From: a virus
IMG/VR virus record: IMGVR_UViG_3300045988_091734
Location: 1 to 49,403 of that record
Direction: 5' to 3' (one strand)
DNA length: 49,403 nucleotides
This document shows, in pieces, positions 1 to 5,916 of the stretch. Below the pieces are notes generated by a model. That model saw only the letters and a program-made list of their open reading frames with translations. It did not search any database and was not told where the DNA came from. Each line of letters opens with the position of its first letter. Within the stretch, counting starts at the first letter, position 1. Position numbers and translations under genes: made by a program.

Positions 1-75
1 CAGCGTTGCAATGGTCTGAGAACCCCTGAGAATCCAACAGTTCTAAGGATTTTGTTTGCTTTCCATGGAAGAAAG
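1..75. repeat. 75-bp terminal direct repeat, copy 1
   Basis: Bases 1-75 (cagcgttgcaatggtctgag...ccatggaagaaag) are letter-for-letter identical to 49329-49403. Confidence 0.95.
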
Positions 76-219
76 CGAAAGCGGTTTTTTCTTCGCTACT
101 CTGCGTTTGCGTATGTCTTGTAATTGCTCAATCTGCTGTTATCGCGCATGGCTTTTGCAATCCCCAAATTCGCAATTTTGACTCTCTTTCCGTCGCACGA
201 AGTAGTCAAAACGGGGGTC

Positions 220-257
220 AAAAAATCCCCTCCATGCAGTGCTGTGCATGGAAGGGA
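220..257 (-). terminator. rho-independent terminator of the 3501->370 operon and of the P8 transcript
   Basis: Minus strand: 13-bp stem TCCCTTCCATGCA/TGCATGGAGGGGA (226-238 / 245-257, one mismatch), 6-nt loop, followed by T6 (plus-strand A run 220-225). Confidence 0.75.
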
Positions 258-338
258 TGAAAGAAAGAATCACCCGGCACGACTACCGCACGCTATGCGT
301 GCTGGTGAATCACCCTCGTGTACTCCGGCGAGCTTCTT
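220..338 (-). ncRNA. candidate ~120-nt small RNA (consensus promoter to terminator, no ORF)
   Basis: P8 places a start near 338 and the terminator ends at 220. No RBS-preceded ORF lies between. Contains a perfect GCACGC-ATA-GCGTGC hairpin, two GGGTGATTC direct repeats and a CU-rich stretch TTCTTTCTTTCATCCCTTCC. Confidence 0.45.
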
Positions 339-344
339 ACTATT

Positions 345-373
345 ATTATAAACGTTTCTGTGCATCTTGTCAA
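345..373 (-). promoter_or_regulatory. P8: exact consensus promoter TTGACA-17-TATAAT
   Basis: Minus strand reads TTGACAagatgcacagaaacgttTATAATaatagt. The -35 overlaps the stop codon of CDS 370..714. Confidence 0.7.
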
Positions 374-714
374 GCGTTTTTCTGTGAGATAATCTGCGCC
401 CACTTCTTTGCATCCTGCACGCGCTTTCGCTCCTCCGGCGTGTTGACGCTGATGGAATGCAGTGCCGTCTCCACCTGCTGTATTGTCGGCACGGTGTCCA
501 AGTCCGCGCTATGCGTCATGAGGACAACCGCATCCCGGCGCTTCTTGTCATCGGCAGATTCCTGCACGCTCTGTGCATCGGCTTTCGGGGCTGACCGCGT
601 GGCGAGGTACTCACGCACCGTAATCAACGCTGCCAAATCGCGGATGTTCTGCGGATTGTTGCCCTCTTCGATTGCCTTCTCAATCTGCCCATCAATCCAC
701 GTCAACGTAACCAC
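370..714 (-). CDS. hypothetical protein (last gene of the post-lysis accessory cluster)
   Basis: 345-nt ORF co-oriented with upstream genes; no motif recognised. Confidence 0.6.
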   Translation of the reverse strand: MVTLTWIDGQIEKAIEEGNNPQNIRDLAALITVREYLATRSAPKADAQSVQESADDKKRRDAVVLMTHSADLDTVPTIQQVETALHSISVNTPEERKRVQDAKKWAQIISQKNA

Positions 715-734
715 GCAGCCAGCCCCCCTTTCCG

Positions 735-1112
735 TTATGCTTCTTTCAGTTCTTCCAGCGCCCGCCGAATCACGTCACGCTTCCCCGGCTCGATGGTGCG
801 CATCAGCTCTTCCAGCTCGTCCATCAGGCGCTTGTCCGTGCCGTCGTGGCGGCTGTACCGTCCGCGCATATCGCGTCCACGGCGGCTGTATCGGTCGTCG
901 CGGTACATACCGTCATAGCTGCCACGCGCTTCCCAGTCTCCGCCGTTATTGCTGTATCCATCCGCTTCAAGCATCTCAATCTTGTCGATGTTTTTGATGG
1001 TATCCGTCAGCTTGTGGACGGCTTCGAGGTCGCCAGCAGACATGTCCTGCTTCTCCGCAATCTCTTGCAGCTCTTCGCAGAGTTTTTCTTTAAGTTCGTG
1101 AAGATATTTCAT
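735..1112 (-). CDS. hypothetical coiled-coil protein with R/G/Y-rich central repeats
   Basis: ATG at 1112 lies 7 nt after AAAGGAG, so the track start 1148 is judged over-extended. Has RGRDMRGRYSR-type repeats between acidic helical ends. Confidence 0.65.
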   Translation of the reverse strand: MKYLHELKEKLCEELQEIAEKQDMSAGDLEAVHKLTDTIKNIDKIEMLEADGYSNNGGDWEARGSYDGMYRDDRYSRRGRDMRGRYSRHDGTDKRLMDELEELMRTIEPGKRDVIRRALEELKEA

Positions 1113-1128
1113 TGCGTTTCTCCTTTCC

Positions 1129-1554
1129 TCACGCAACCCGCGTGACAATCAGGTTGGCGTTCTGCACGTCAATATCCACGCCAGCGTTATTTTTGACGCT
1201 GATGGTCGTGCAGCACCCTGCCGGAACGTCAACAAAGGTATCGACGCTGACGTTCTGGTATTGCGCCGCTGCCGCAGGGGTGACGATGGCGGTAGAAGCC
1301 GGAAGCGCCTCACCCGCGATTGCAAGCGCAACAGAGATAGCTCCGGCAGTGCCGCCCGTCGGAATGGCGATATTGCCGCCAAAGTTTACGCGAAAACGCG
1401 CGCGGCACTGTCCGTTGGTAATTCCCCGTAGCGTTACGATGCCAGACCCCTCACGATGGACGATGCACCGCGTGGCGCAAACGGGCGTTGCAGTAAAAAG
1501 GACGTTGTCGCCATTGGCGACGGTTTGAGCCGCCGCCGCAGTATATTCAGCCAT
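1129..1554 (-). CDS. hypothetical protein, tentatively BclA C-terminal / C1q-TNF-like jelly-roll domain
   Basis: ATG 1554 follows a GAAAGGAG RBS. The beta-rich A/G/V sequence ending ...NANLIVTRVA recalls the exosporium BclA C-terminal domain (recollection only). Confidence 0.5.
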   Translation of the reverse strand: MAEYTAAAAQTVANGDNVLFTATPVCATRCIVHREGSGIVTLRGITNGQCRARFRVNFGGNIAIPTGGTAGAISVALAIAGEALPASTAIVTPAAAAQYQNVSVDTFVDVPAGCCTTISVKNNAGVDIDVQNANLIVTRVA

Positions 1555-1658
1555 GATTTTTCTCCTTTCAGCGGCAGGGCGCGAATCAATCAACGCCCCG
1601 CCGCTTTTTCAGTTGCCGTTATCGGCTCATCCTGCACAGGCAGGAAGCTGTCTGGAGC

Positions 1659-2411
1659 TTACCCGGCGCAATACTGCGTCTGGGTGCAGCAGTACGGGTT
1701 GGCTACCGTATACGCCGGAACAGGGCAAGGACGAATCGTATTCACCAGATACTGGTTCTGTGCTGCCTGAGACGCGGCAAGCTGCAAGCCGAAAATCTGC
1801 TGATTCTGCGCTGCAATCTTCTCGTCCTTCGCCTCAATGCGCTGTGCCGTCAGTGCGTCAATCACCGCTCTGGCGTTAGCGTTGGCGTTGTCCAAAATGT
1901 CGCGAACACCGCTCTGAATGGTGTTGCGAGTGTCGCAAGCCTGAGTGGCAAGGTTGTAATTCATACCCTGGATCGCCGTCTGCGTTTTGCAGCAGCAATC
2001 CGCCGCCTGTGCCTGCATCGCGTTAAGCTGCTGCATCAGCGCGGTCTGTTGATTGGCGCGAGAGAGTTCTGCCTGAGCGAAGCCGTTAGCCATCTGCATC
2101 TGTACGCCATTGGTGAGCTGCGCCTGTGCATAGAATCCGTCACACAAGCCGCTGTTCACGTTGTCGATTTTTCGCTCGATATTGGCGAAGTCGGAGGTGA
2201 GGACGTAACCGTCCATGACAGAACCCTGTCCACCGTTGCGATTGCCAAAGCCGCCCCAGCTATTATTGCCCCACCCGCAGAAGACGAAGAGGAAGAGGAT
2301 AATAATCCACCACGCACCGTTTCCGCCGAACATGCCGTCGCCGTTCTGGTTGCTGTTCCGCCCGGAAAGCAGAGCCACGTCAGAAGCGGAGAGTTCCGAA
2401 GTCATACTCAT
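1659..2411 (-). CDS. membrane-anchored coiled-coil protein with Cys-rich C-terminus
   Basis: ATG 2411 follows an AAAGGAG RBS. Has a G/N-rich N-terminus, one TM segment (WWIIILFLFVFCGW), a Q/A-rich coiled coil and a tail PCPVP..YCCTQTQYCAG. Confidence 0.65.
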   Translation of the reverse strand: MSMTSELSASDVALLSGRNSNQNGDGMFGGNGAWWIIILFLFVFCGWGNNSWGGFGNRNGGQGSVMDGYVLTSDFANIERKIDNVNSGLCDGFYAQAQLTNGVQMQMANGFAQAELSRANQQTALMQQLNAMQAQAADCCCKTQTAIQGMNYNLATQACDTRNTIQSGVRDILDNANANARAVIDALTAQRIEAKDEKIAAQNQQIFGLQLAASQAAQNQYLVNTIRPCPVPAYTVANPYCCTQTQYCAG

Positions 2412-2474
2412 GTTTTTTCTCCTTTCGGAATTTGAAGTATATGCTAAATTGTTGCGCAACAATGATAGCCAAAG

Positions 2475-2693
2475 TTAAGAACCGAGGAACGATTGAAACA
2501 TTTGTGCCGCCTGTTGAAGCTGATTAAGCTGGTTTTGCGAGATTTTGCCGGAGGCAATCAGCTTGCGCACCTCCTGCTCCGGGTCGCCCTGAAACGTCGC
2601 CTTGAACTGCTGAAACTGCTGCATCATCTGCTGGAAATTTCCCAGCGCTCCGGGCATCTGCCCGCCGCCAAGTGCATTAAACAGTGGGTTCAT
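2475..2693 (-). CDS. small Q-rich hypothetical protein
   Basis: Internal ATG at 2693 (MNPLFNALGG...); 72 aa; overlaps the upstream gene end by 17 nt. Confidence 0.5.
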   Translation of the reverse strand: MNPLFNALGGGQMPGALGNFQQMMQQFQQFKATFQGDPEQEVRKLIASGKISQNQLNQLQQAAQMFQSFLGS

Positions 2694-3120
2694 CCTGCGT
2701 CGTTGCCCCCTTCTTCTTGCGCCCCTCAAGCGCGTCAAGGCGCCTTGTAAGCGTGTTGAGTTCGTCCCGAGTCACATAATCCGGCGCGTCCTGTGTGCTG
2801 CTGGGTGGCGTTACAGGCGCGTTGCGCTCCGTGTAGTCAAACGTGCGCATAGACGGCATTCCTGCCGCGTCCGCCGACTTGATGTAAAACGTCTGCTTTT
2901 CGCTGTCCATCAGCAGAACGCTCGAGCCGTTGGCGACAAGGTAGCTTTTCGCTCCGGCTTCACCCTGCACCCAAATCAGTCCGTTGCTTGACGGCTGCGC
3001 TGGTTGCTGCATCATCGGCTGCTGCGCTGCTCGAAGCTGCGCAAGCTGGTCGGGCATTGCCGTCTGCTGTGCGTTGTAATACGGCATTTGTGGATAATAT
3101 TGTGGATAACCATACGCCAT
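2677..3120 (-). CDS. hypothetical protein with Q/P/Y-rich N-terminus
   Basis: ATG 3120 follows a GGGAGG-type RBS. Low-complexity N-terminus, then a globular segment IWVQGEAGAKSYLV... Confidence 0.6.
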   Translation of the reverse strand: MAYGYPQYYPQMPYYNAQQTAMPDQLAQLRAAQQPMMQQPAQPSSNGLIWVQGEAGAKSYLVANGSSVLLMDSEKQTFYIKSADAAGMPSMRTFDYTERNAPVTPPSSTQDAPDYVTRDELNTLTRRLDALEGRKKKGATTQDEPTV

Positions 3121-3123
3121 ACA

Positions 3124-3501
3124 TCAAGCCTCCCTCTCCCAATAATACGCGGGTATTTCCGCGCCGCTGTCCCAGGCATCGTACCAATCGCCATCAATGG
3201 CACACACAACGTGGTCGTCGATTCCGAGGACGTACACCCCGCGCGGATGCTCACGACAGAAATCCGCGACGGTATAGCAAATTGGACAAGTATCCGGCAG
3301 GGCGTGGCGCGTGAATCCGCGCTCATGCAAGTACCGTCCCCAGACGTGATTGGCGTTAGGCATATCCCCGCAGTCATAGCCCAGCGCACAGAGCGCCGCA
3401 TAGGTGCTGCCCCACGTCTCCCCTGCCGCTTTTGATGCTGCACGGACAGCGCAATCCCCGACGCGCAAGCCGCGCGGATTAGGGTTGTAGTGGATATACA
3501 C
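3124..3501 (-). CDS. hypothetical protein, possible papain-like/NlpC-like Cys-His-Asp hydrolase fold
   Basis: GTG 3501 lies 7 nt after AGGAGG. The ordered GDC...HVVCAIDG...DAWD motifs suggest a cysteine hydrolase triad (inference). Confidence 0.5.
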   Translation of the reverse strand: MYIHYNPNPRGLRVGDCAVRAASKAAGETWGSTYAALCALGYDCGDMPNANHVWGRYLHERGFTRHALPDTCPICYTVADFCREHPRGVYVLGIDDHVVCAIDGDWYDAWDSGAEIPAYYWEREA

Positions 3502-3530
3502 CGCACCACCTCCTACTGATTATAGTATAG

Positions 3531-3600
3531 GCGATTCGGACGGTTGGAAAATGCAGACAAAGCGCTGAAAAGATGCAAAAAAACTTGCGAAAAATCTTGA
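3531..3600 (+). pseudogene. decayed 3' remnant of an RHH gene (homologous to 5408..5484)
   Basis: gcgattcggacggttg...caaaaaaacttgcgaaaaatcttga parallels gtgattcggcggttg...caaaaaacttgcgaaaaatcttga at the end of CDS 5311..5484, but the frame is broken and shortened. Confidence 0.35.
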
Positions 3601-3607
3601 AATAGTA

Positions 3608-3636
3608 TTGACAAGTTGCACAACTTGTGATATAAT
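3608..3636 (+). promoter_or_regulatory. P1: exact consensus promoter with class-A palindromic operator in the spacer
   Basis: TTGACAagttgcacaacttgtgaTATAAT. The palindrome ACAAGTTG-ca-CAACTTGT (3611-3628) spans the -35 and spacer. Confidence 0.8.
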
Positions 3637-3642
3637 AATTAG

Positions 3643-3693
3643 TGTCAAGGGGGAGGTACAAAATAAAACTCCGGACAGAAAGAGGTAACGAGT
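3643..3693 (+). promoter_or_regulatory. structured 5' leader copy 1 (hairpin + GACAGAAAGAGG RBS)
   Basis: GTCaagggGGAG-GTACAAAATAAAA-CTCCgGAC hairpin (3643-3675), then ACAGAAAGAGGTAAcgagtATG. Confidence 0.6.
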
Positions 3694-4191
3694 ATGGCAC
3701 GAGCAATCGCGGAATGCACCTGCGCCAAGTGTGGCGCGAAATTCGAGAAAGTCCAGTTCCGTTCCAACCGCAAGATGGCGGACGAATGGAAGGCGTGGGC
3801 GGAAGAGAACTGCACCACCTGCCCCGATTGCTGGGCAAAGGTGAAGCAGGAGAAGGACGCTGCGAAGGCGGAGGCTCTAATTGAAGAACTGCATCTCCCA
3901 GAAATCGTCGGAAAATCGGCGAAGCAAGTCAGGTACGCAGATGACTTGCGGAACAAATACATTGTGAGATCTGCTGAATATATTCGCTTCATGCACAATT
4001 GCCTCTGTGATGAGCAATTCAAAGGGCGGAAACAATGCGAGGCAGAAGCCAAAAAAGAAGGGCTGTCCGTCTCAGAATGGATAGAGCAAAGGGCGAACAG
4101 CACGCCATATGATTATGAAAATCATGCGGCATGGACTGTGCTGCATAGCAGCGAAGCGCGAAAAATCATTGACGCGCTGACGAGCTACTAA
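3694..4191 (+). CDS. zinc-ribbon hypothetical protein (first gene of the P1 operon)
   Basis: ATG lies 8 nt after AGAGG of leader 1. Has CAKCG...CTTCPDC cysteine pairs at the N-terminus. Confidence 0.7.
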   Translation: MARAIAECTCAKCGAKFEKVQFRSNRKMADEWKAWAEENCTTCPDCWAKVKQEKDAAKAEALIEELHLPEIVGKSAKQVRYADDLRNKYIVRSAEYIRFMHNCLCDEQFKGRKQCEAEAKKEGLSVSEWIEQRANSTPYDYENHAAWTVLHSSEARKIIDALTSY

Positions 4192-4215
4192 AAAGAATAA
4201 GCAGGAGGATAAACA

Positions 4216-4482
4216 ATGCTGGACGAAATGAAACTCAATTACTGTGAAGAAATCTTCACGCCCGAAGAGGCAGCAGCCCTGTTTGCTGCCTACATCCAGA
4301 AGCACCCGGAAAACCACATCAAGCAGGCACATCCCCATCCCTACTACATGGATGGCGCAATTGGCGCATGGTGCGCTGACGTAAACAATCTCGCTTTTGA
4401 GGGTGTCCTTGTCCTTGGCGCTGATAAGGACATCGCGCTTGAGTGGACGCACACGACAAGCGGCGAATTGCTGGCGCGATAA
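4216..4482 (+). CDS. small hypothetical protein
   Basis: ATG follows an AGGAGG RBS (gcaggaggataaacaATG); 88 aa. Confidence 0.65.
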   Translation: MLDEMKLNYCEEIFTPEEAAALFAAYIQKHPENHIKQAHPHPYYMDGAIGAWCADVNNLAFEGVLVLGADKDIALEWTHTTSGELLAR

Positions 4483-4529
4483 AAAGCACCCCGCCCCGGA
4501 GATTACGAGGGCAGAAGAAAGGAAATATT

Positions 4530-4961
4530 ATGACTAACGTTACTTCGATTCAGTTCCCTGCCGATGCCGTCGTCGTCGGTCTTTGCGCCGGGCGGCATGA
4601 CATGCCTGTGGAAGAGTTTATTTTTCCTCAGGTGGTTGACCCAACGGACTTTGCTGGAATGGATTCTATCGCGAAAGACTTCATTTTGTCCCGTGTTGGC
4701 GTGCGAGCTTCGGTAAATGGACCGCACGCCAACTACGTCGGTGTAGACCCTGACTACGAGTGCTGCGGCGGTGTCGATGATTACGACATCGACTATATGC
4801 AGTTCTGGGATGGCGAGCATCCGCTCGTTGTCTATGTGACTGGGCTGACGGCTTGCGTGGCGGCAGTCATCTCGGTCTGCGTGCGCTGCGGGGTTGACCT
4901 GACCCTGATGCACTACGACCGCGAGACCGGCAACTACCTGCCGCAGGTCGTCCTCGGTTGA
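4530..4961 (+). CDS. hypothetical protein
   Basis: Internal ATG 4530 follows GAAAGGAAA, so the track start 4443 is judged over-extended; 143 aa. Confidence 0.6.
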   Translation: MTNVTSIQFPADAVVVGLCAGRHDMPVEEFIFPQVVDPTDFAGMDSIAKDFILSRVGVRASVNGPHANYVGVDPDYECCGGVDDYDIDYMQFWDGEHPLVVYVTGLTACVAAVISVCVRCGVDLTLMHYDRETGNYLPQVVLG

Positions 4962-4976
4962 TGGCGGAGGGGTAAA

Positions 4977-5372
4977 ATGGCATACGGCGATAGAGATTAC
5001 AGCCTACAAGGGACAGAAGGGTTACAGATAACATATAATGGCGCTATCTACACGCTGGACGAGAATATTGCTTGTCACGTCTCTGCGCCAATCTGGGATG
5101 ATGATTTGGGCGACTATTTTTGTCCGTACTGCGAGGCGGTCGGGCGGCTGACGGACGATGAAAATGGCAATTCCCGCGAGGTATACTACGACTTCGATTC
5201 TGTCGAGCAGATGGAGGAATGGGAGAAAACCCGCAACTTTTCCGCGTGTATTACCGGGATTTTGGTCCTGGAAGACGCGGATGAAAGAATAAAACTAAGA
5301 GGAACAAAAAATGCTGAAAAAAGATGGAAACCGCATTGTCAAAAACGTAATTGTGACGCACGAGCAGAATGA
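4977..5372 (+). CDS. acidic hypothetical protein with CPYC motif
   Basis: ATG follows a GGAGGGG RBS; 131 aa; the 3' end overlaps the RHH ORF by 62 nt, so the true stop region is uncertain. Confidence 0.55.
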   Translation: MAYGDRDYSLQGTEGLQITYNGAIYTLDENIACHVSAPIWDDDLGDYFCPYCEAVGRLTDDENGNSREVYYDFDSVEQMEEWEKTRNFSACITGILVLEDADERIKLRGTKNAEKRWKPHCQKRNCDARAE

Positions 5373-5484
5373 GCAAATTAAGGCGATTGGGCAGCGAATT
5401 GGGCTAAGTGATTCGGCGGTTGTCCGCCTTGCCCTATCGCAGTGGCTTGCGGAAAGAGCGCAAAAAACTTGCGAAAAATCTTGA
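5311..5484 (+). CDS. ribbon-helix-helix (CopG/Arc/MetJ-type) DNA-binding protein, RHH-A
   Basis: Not in the ORF track (57 aa). ATG follows an AAGAGGAAC RBS. Pattern is beta strand KNVIVTH, helix EQIKAIGQRIG, helix SDSAVVRLALSQWLAE. The 3' end runs into the upstream block of P2. Confidence 0.65.
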   Translation: MLKKDGNRIVKNVIVTHEQNEQIKAIGQRIGLSDSAVVRLALSQWLAERAQKTCEKS

Positions 5485-5491
5485 AAAGGTA

Positions 5492-5520
5492 TTGACAAGT
5501 TGCGCAACCTGTGCTATAAT
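5492..5520 (+). promoter_or_regulatory. P2: exact consensus promoter with class-A operator (one mismatch)
   Basis: TTGACAagttgcgcaacctgtgcTATAAT with palindrome ACAAGTTGC/GCAACcTGT. Confidence 0.8.
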
Positions 5521-5527
5521 AAATCAT

Positions 5528-5579
5528 GTCAGGATGGTGGTACAAAACAAAAACCCCCCGACAGAAAGAGGTAAGAATT
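5528..5579 (+). promoter_or_regulatory. structured 5' leader copy 2
   Basis: GTCaggatGGTGG-TACAAAACAAAAA-CCCCCcGAC hairpin (5528-5562), then ACAGAAAGAGGTAAgaattATG. Confidence 0.6.
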
Positions 5580-5849
5580 ATGAAGTTGACTGATGGCAAG
5601 CGCACGGTTGAGATTGAGATGCTGACGTGGGACGATAACAAGGAGCGGTATATCGGTAGTGACTACGCTCCCTACTTCTTCGACGGGTGCGAAGGCACGG
5701 ACGCGATGCAAGTGGAAGATGTTGACTACTGCATCGGTCAGGCGGAAGACTGGGAGAGGTTCCGTGGGGACTTCTTGGATGATGAGGCTGCAGAAGGTGA
5801 AGAGCGCGTTGTGCGCGTGACGGAGATTGCAGAGGACAAGGAGCATTAA
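5580..5849 (+). CDS. small, strongly acidic hypothetical protein (about 30% D+E)
   Basis: ATG lies 8 nt after AGAGG of leader 2. 89 aa with 27 D/E by hand count, so a DNA-mimic-like composition. Confidence 0.7.
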   Translation: MKLTDGKRTVEIEMLTWDDNKERYIGSDYAPYFFDGCEGTDAMQVEDVDYCIGQAEDWERFRGDFLDDEAAEGEERVVRVTEIAEDKEH

Positions 5850-5860
5850 GGTTTTCTATC

Positions 5861-5897
5861 TCCCCTCCCCATCGGCGGCATCGCAGGTGGGGAGGGA
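5861..5897 (+). promoter_or_regulatory. stem-loop between the P2 gene and the AP2 gene (possible attenuator or weak terminator)
   Basis: TCCCCTCCCC / GGGGAGGGA stem (9 bp, one bulge), 18-nt loop, T-rich run only ~13 nt downstream. Confidence 0.3.
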
Positions 5898-5916
5898 CGA
5901 TGCAAGGTGATTTTCT

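Noticed and set aside
1-75. The terminal repeats considered as attL/attR cores or as ends of an inserted mobile element
   Set aside because: The window contains no flanking host genes. The repeat is exact, sits precisely at the window ends and closes a coherent phage gene order, so an assembly overlap of a circular or permuted genome, or a DTR, is the simpler explanation.
124-997. Plus-strand ORFs 124..351 and 239..997 across the putative attP region and the antisense of 370..1112
   Set aside because: They have no RBS and a Cys/Arg/Ser-rich low-plausibility sequence. They overlap a strong minus-strand terminator, promoter P8 and two better-supported minus-strand genes.
3519-3524. TATAAT on the minus strand upstream of CDS 3124..3501, considered as its promoter
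   Set aside because: The predicted start would fall inside the AGGAGG RBS (3509-3514), and there is no -35 or TG extension. The real promoter of the 3501->370 cluster remains unidentified.
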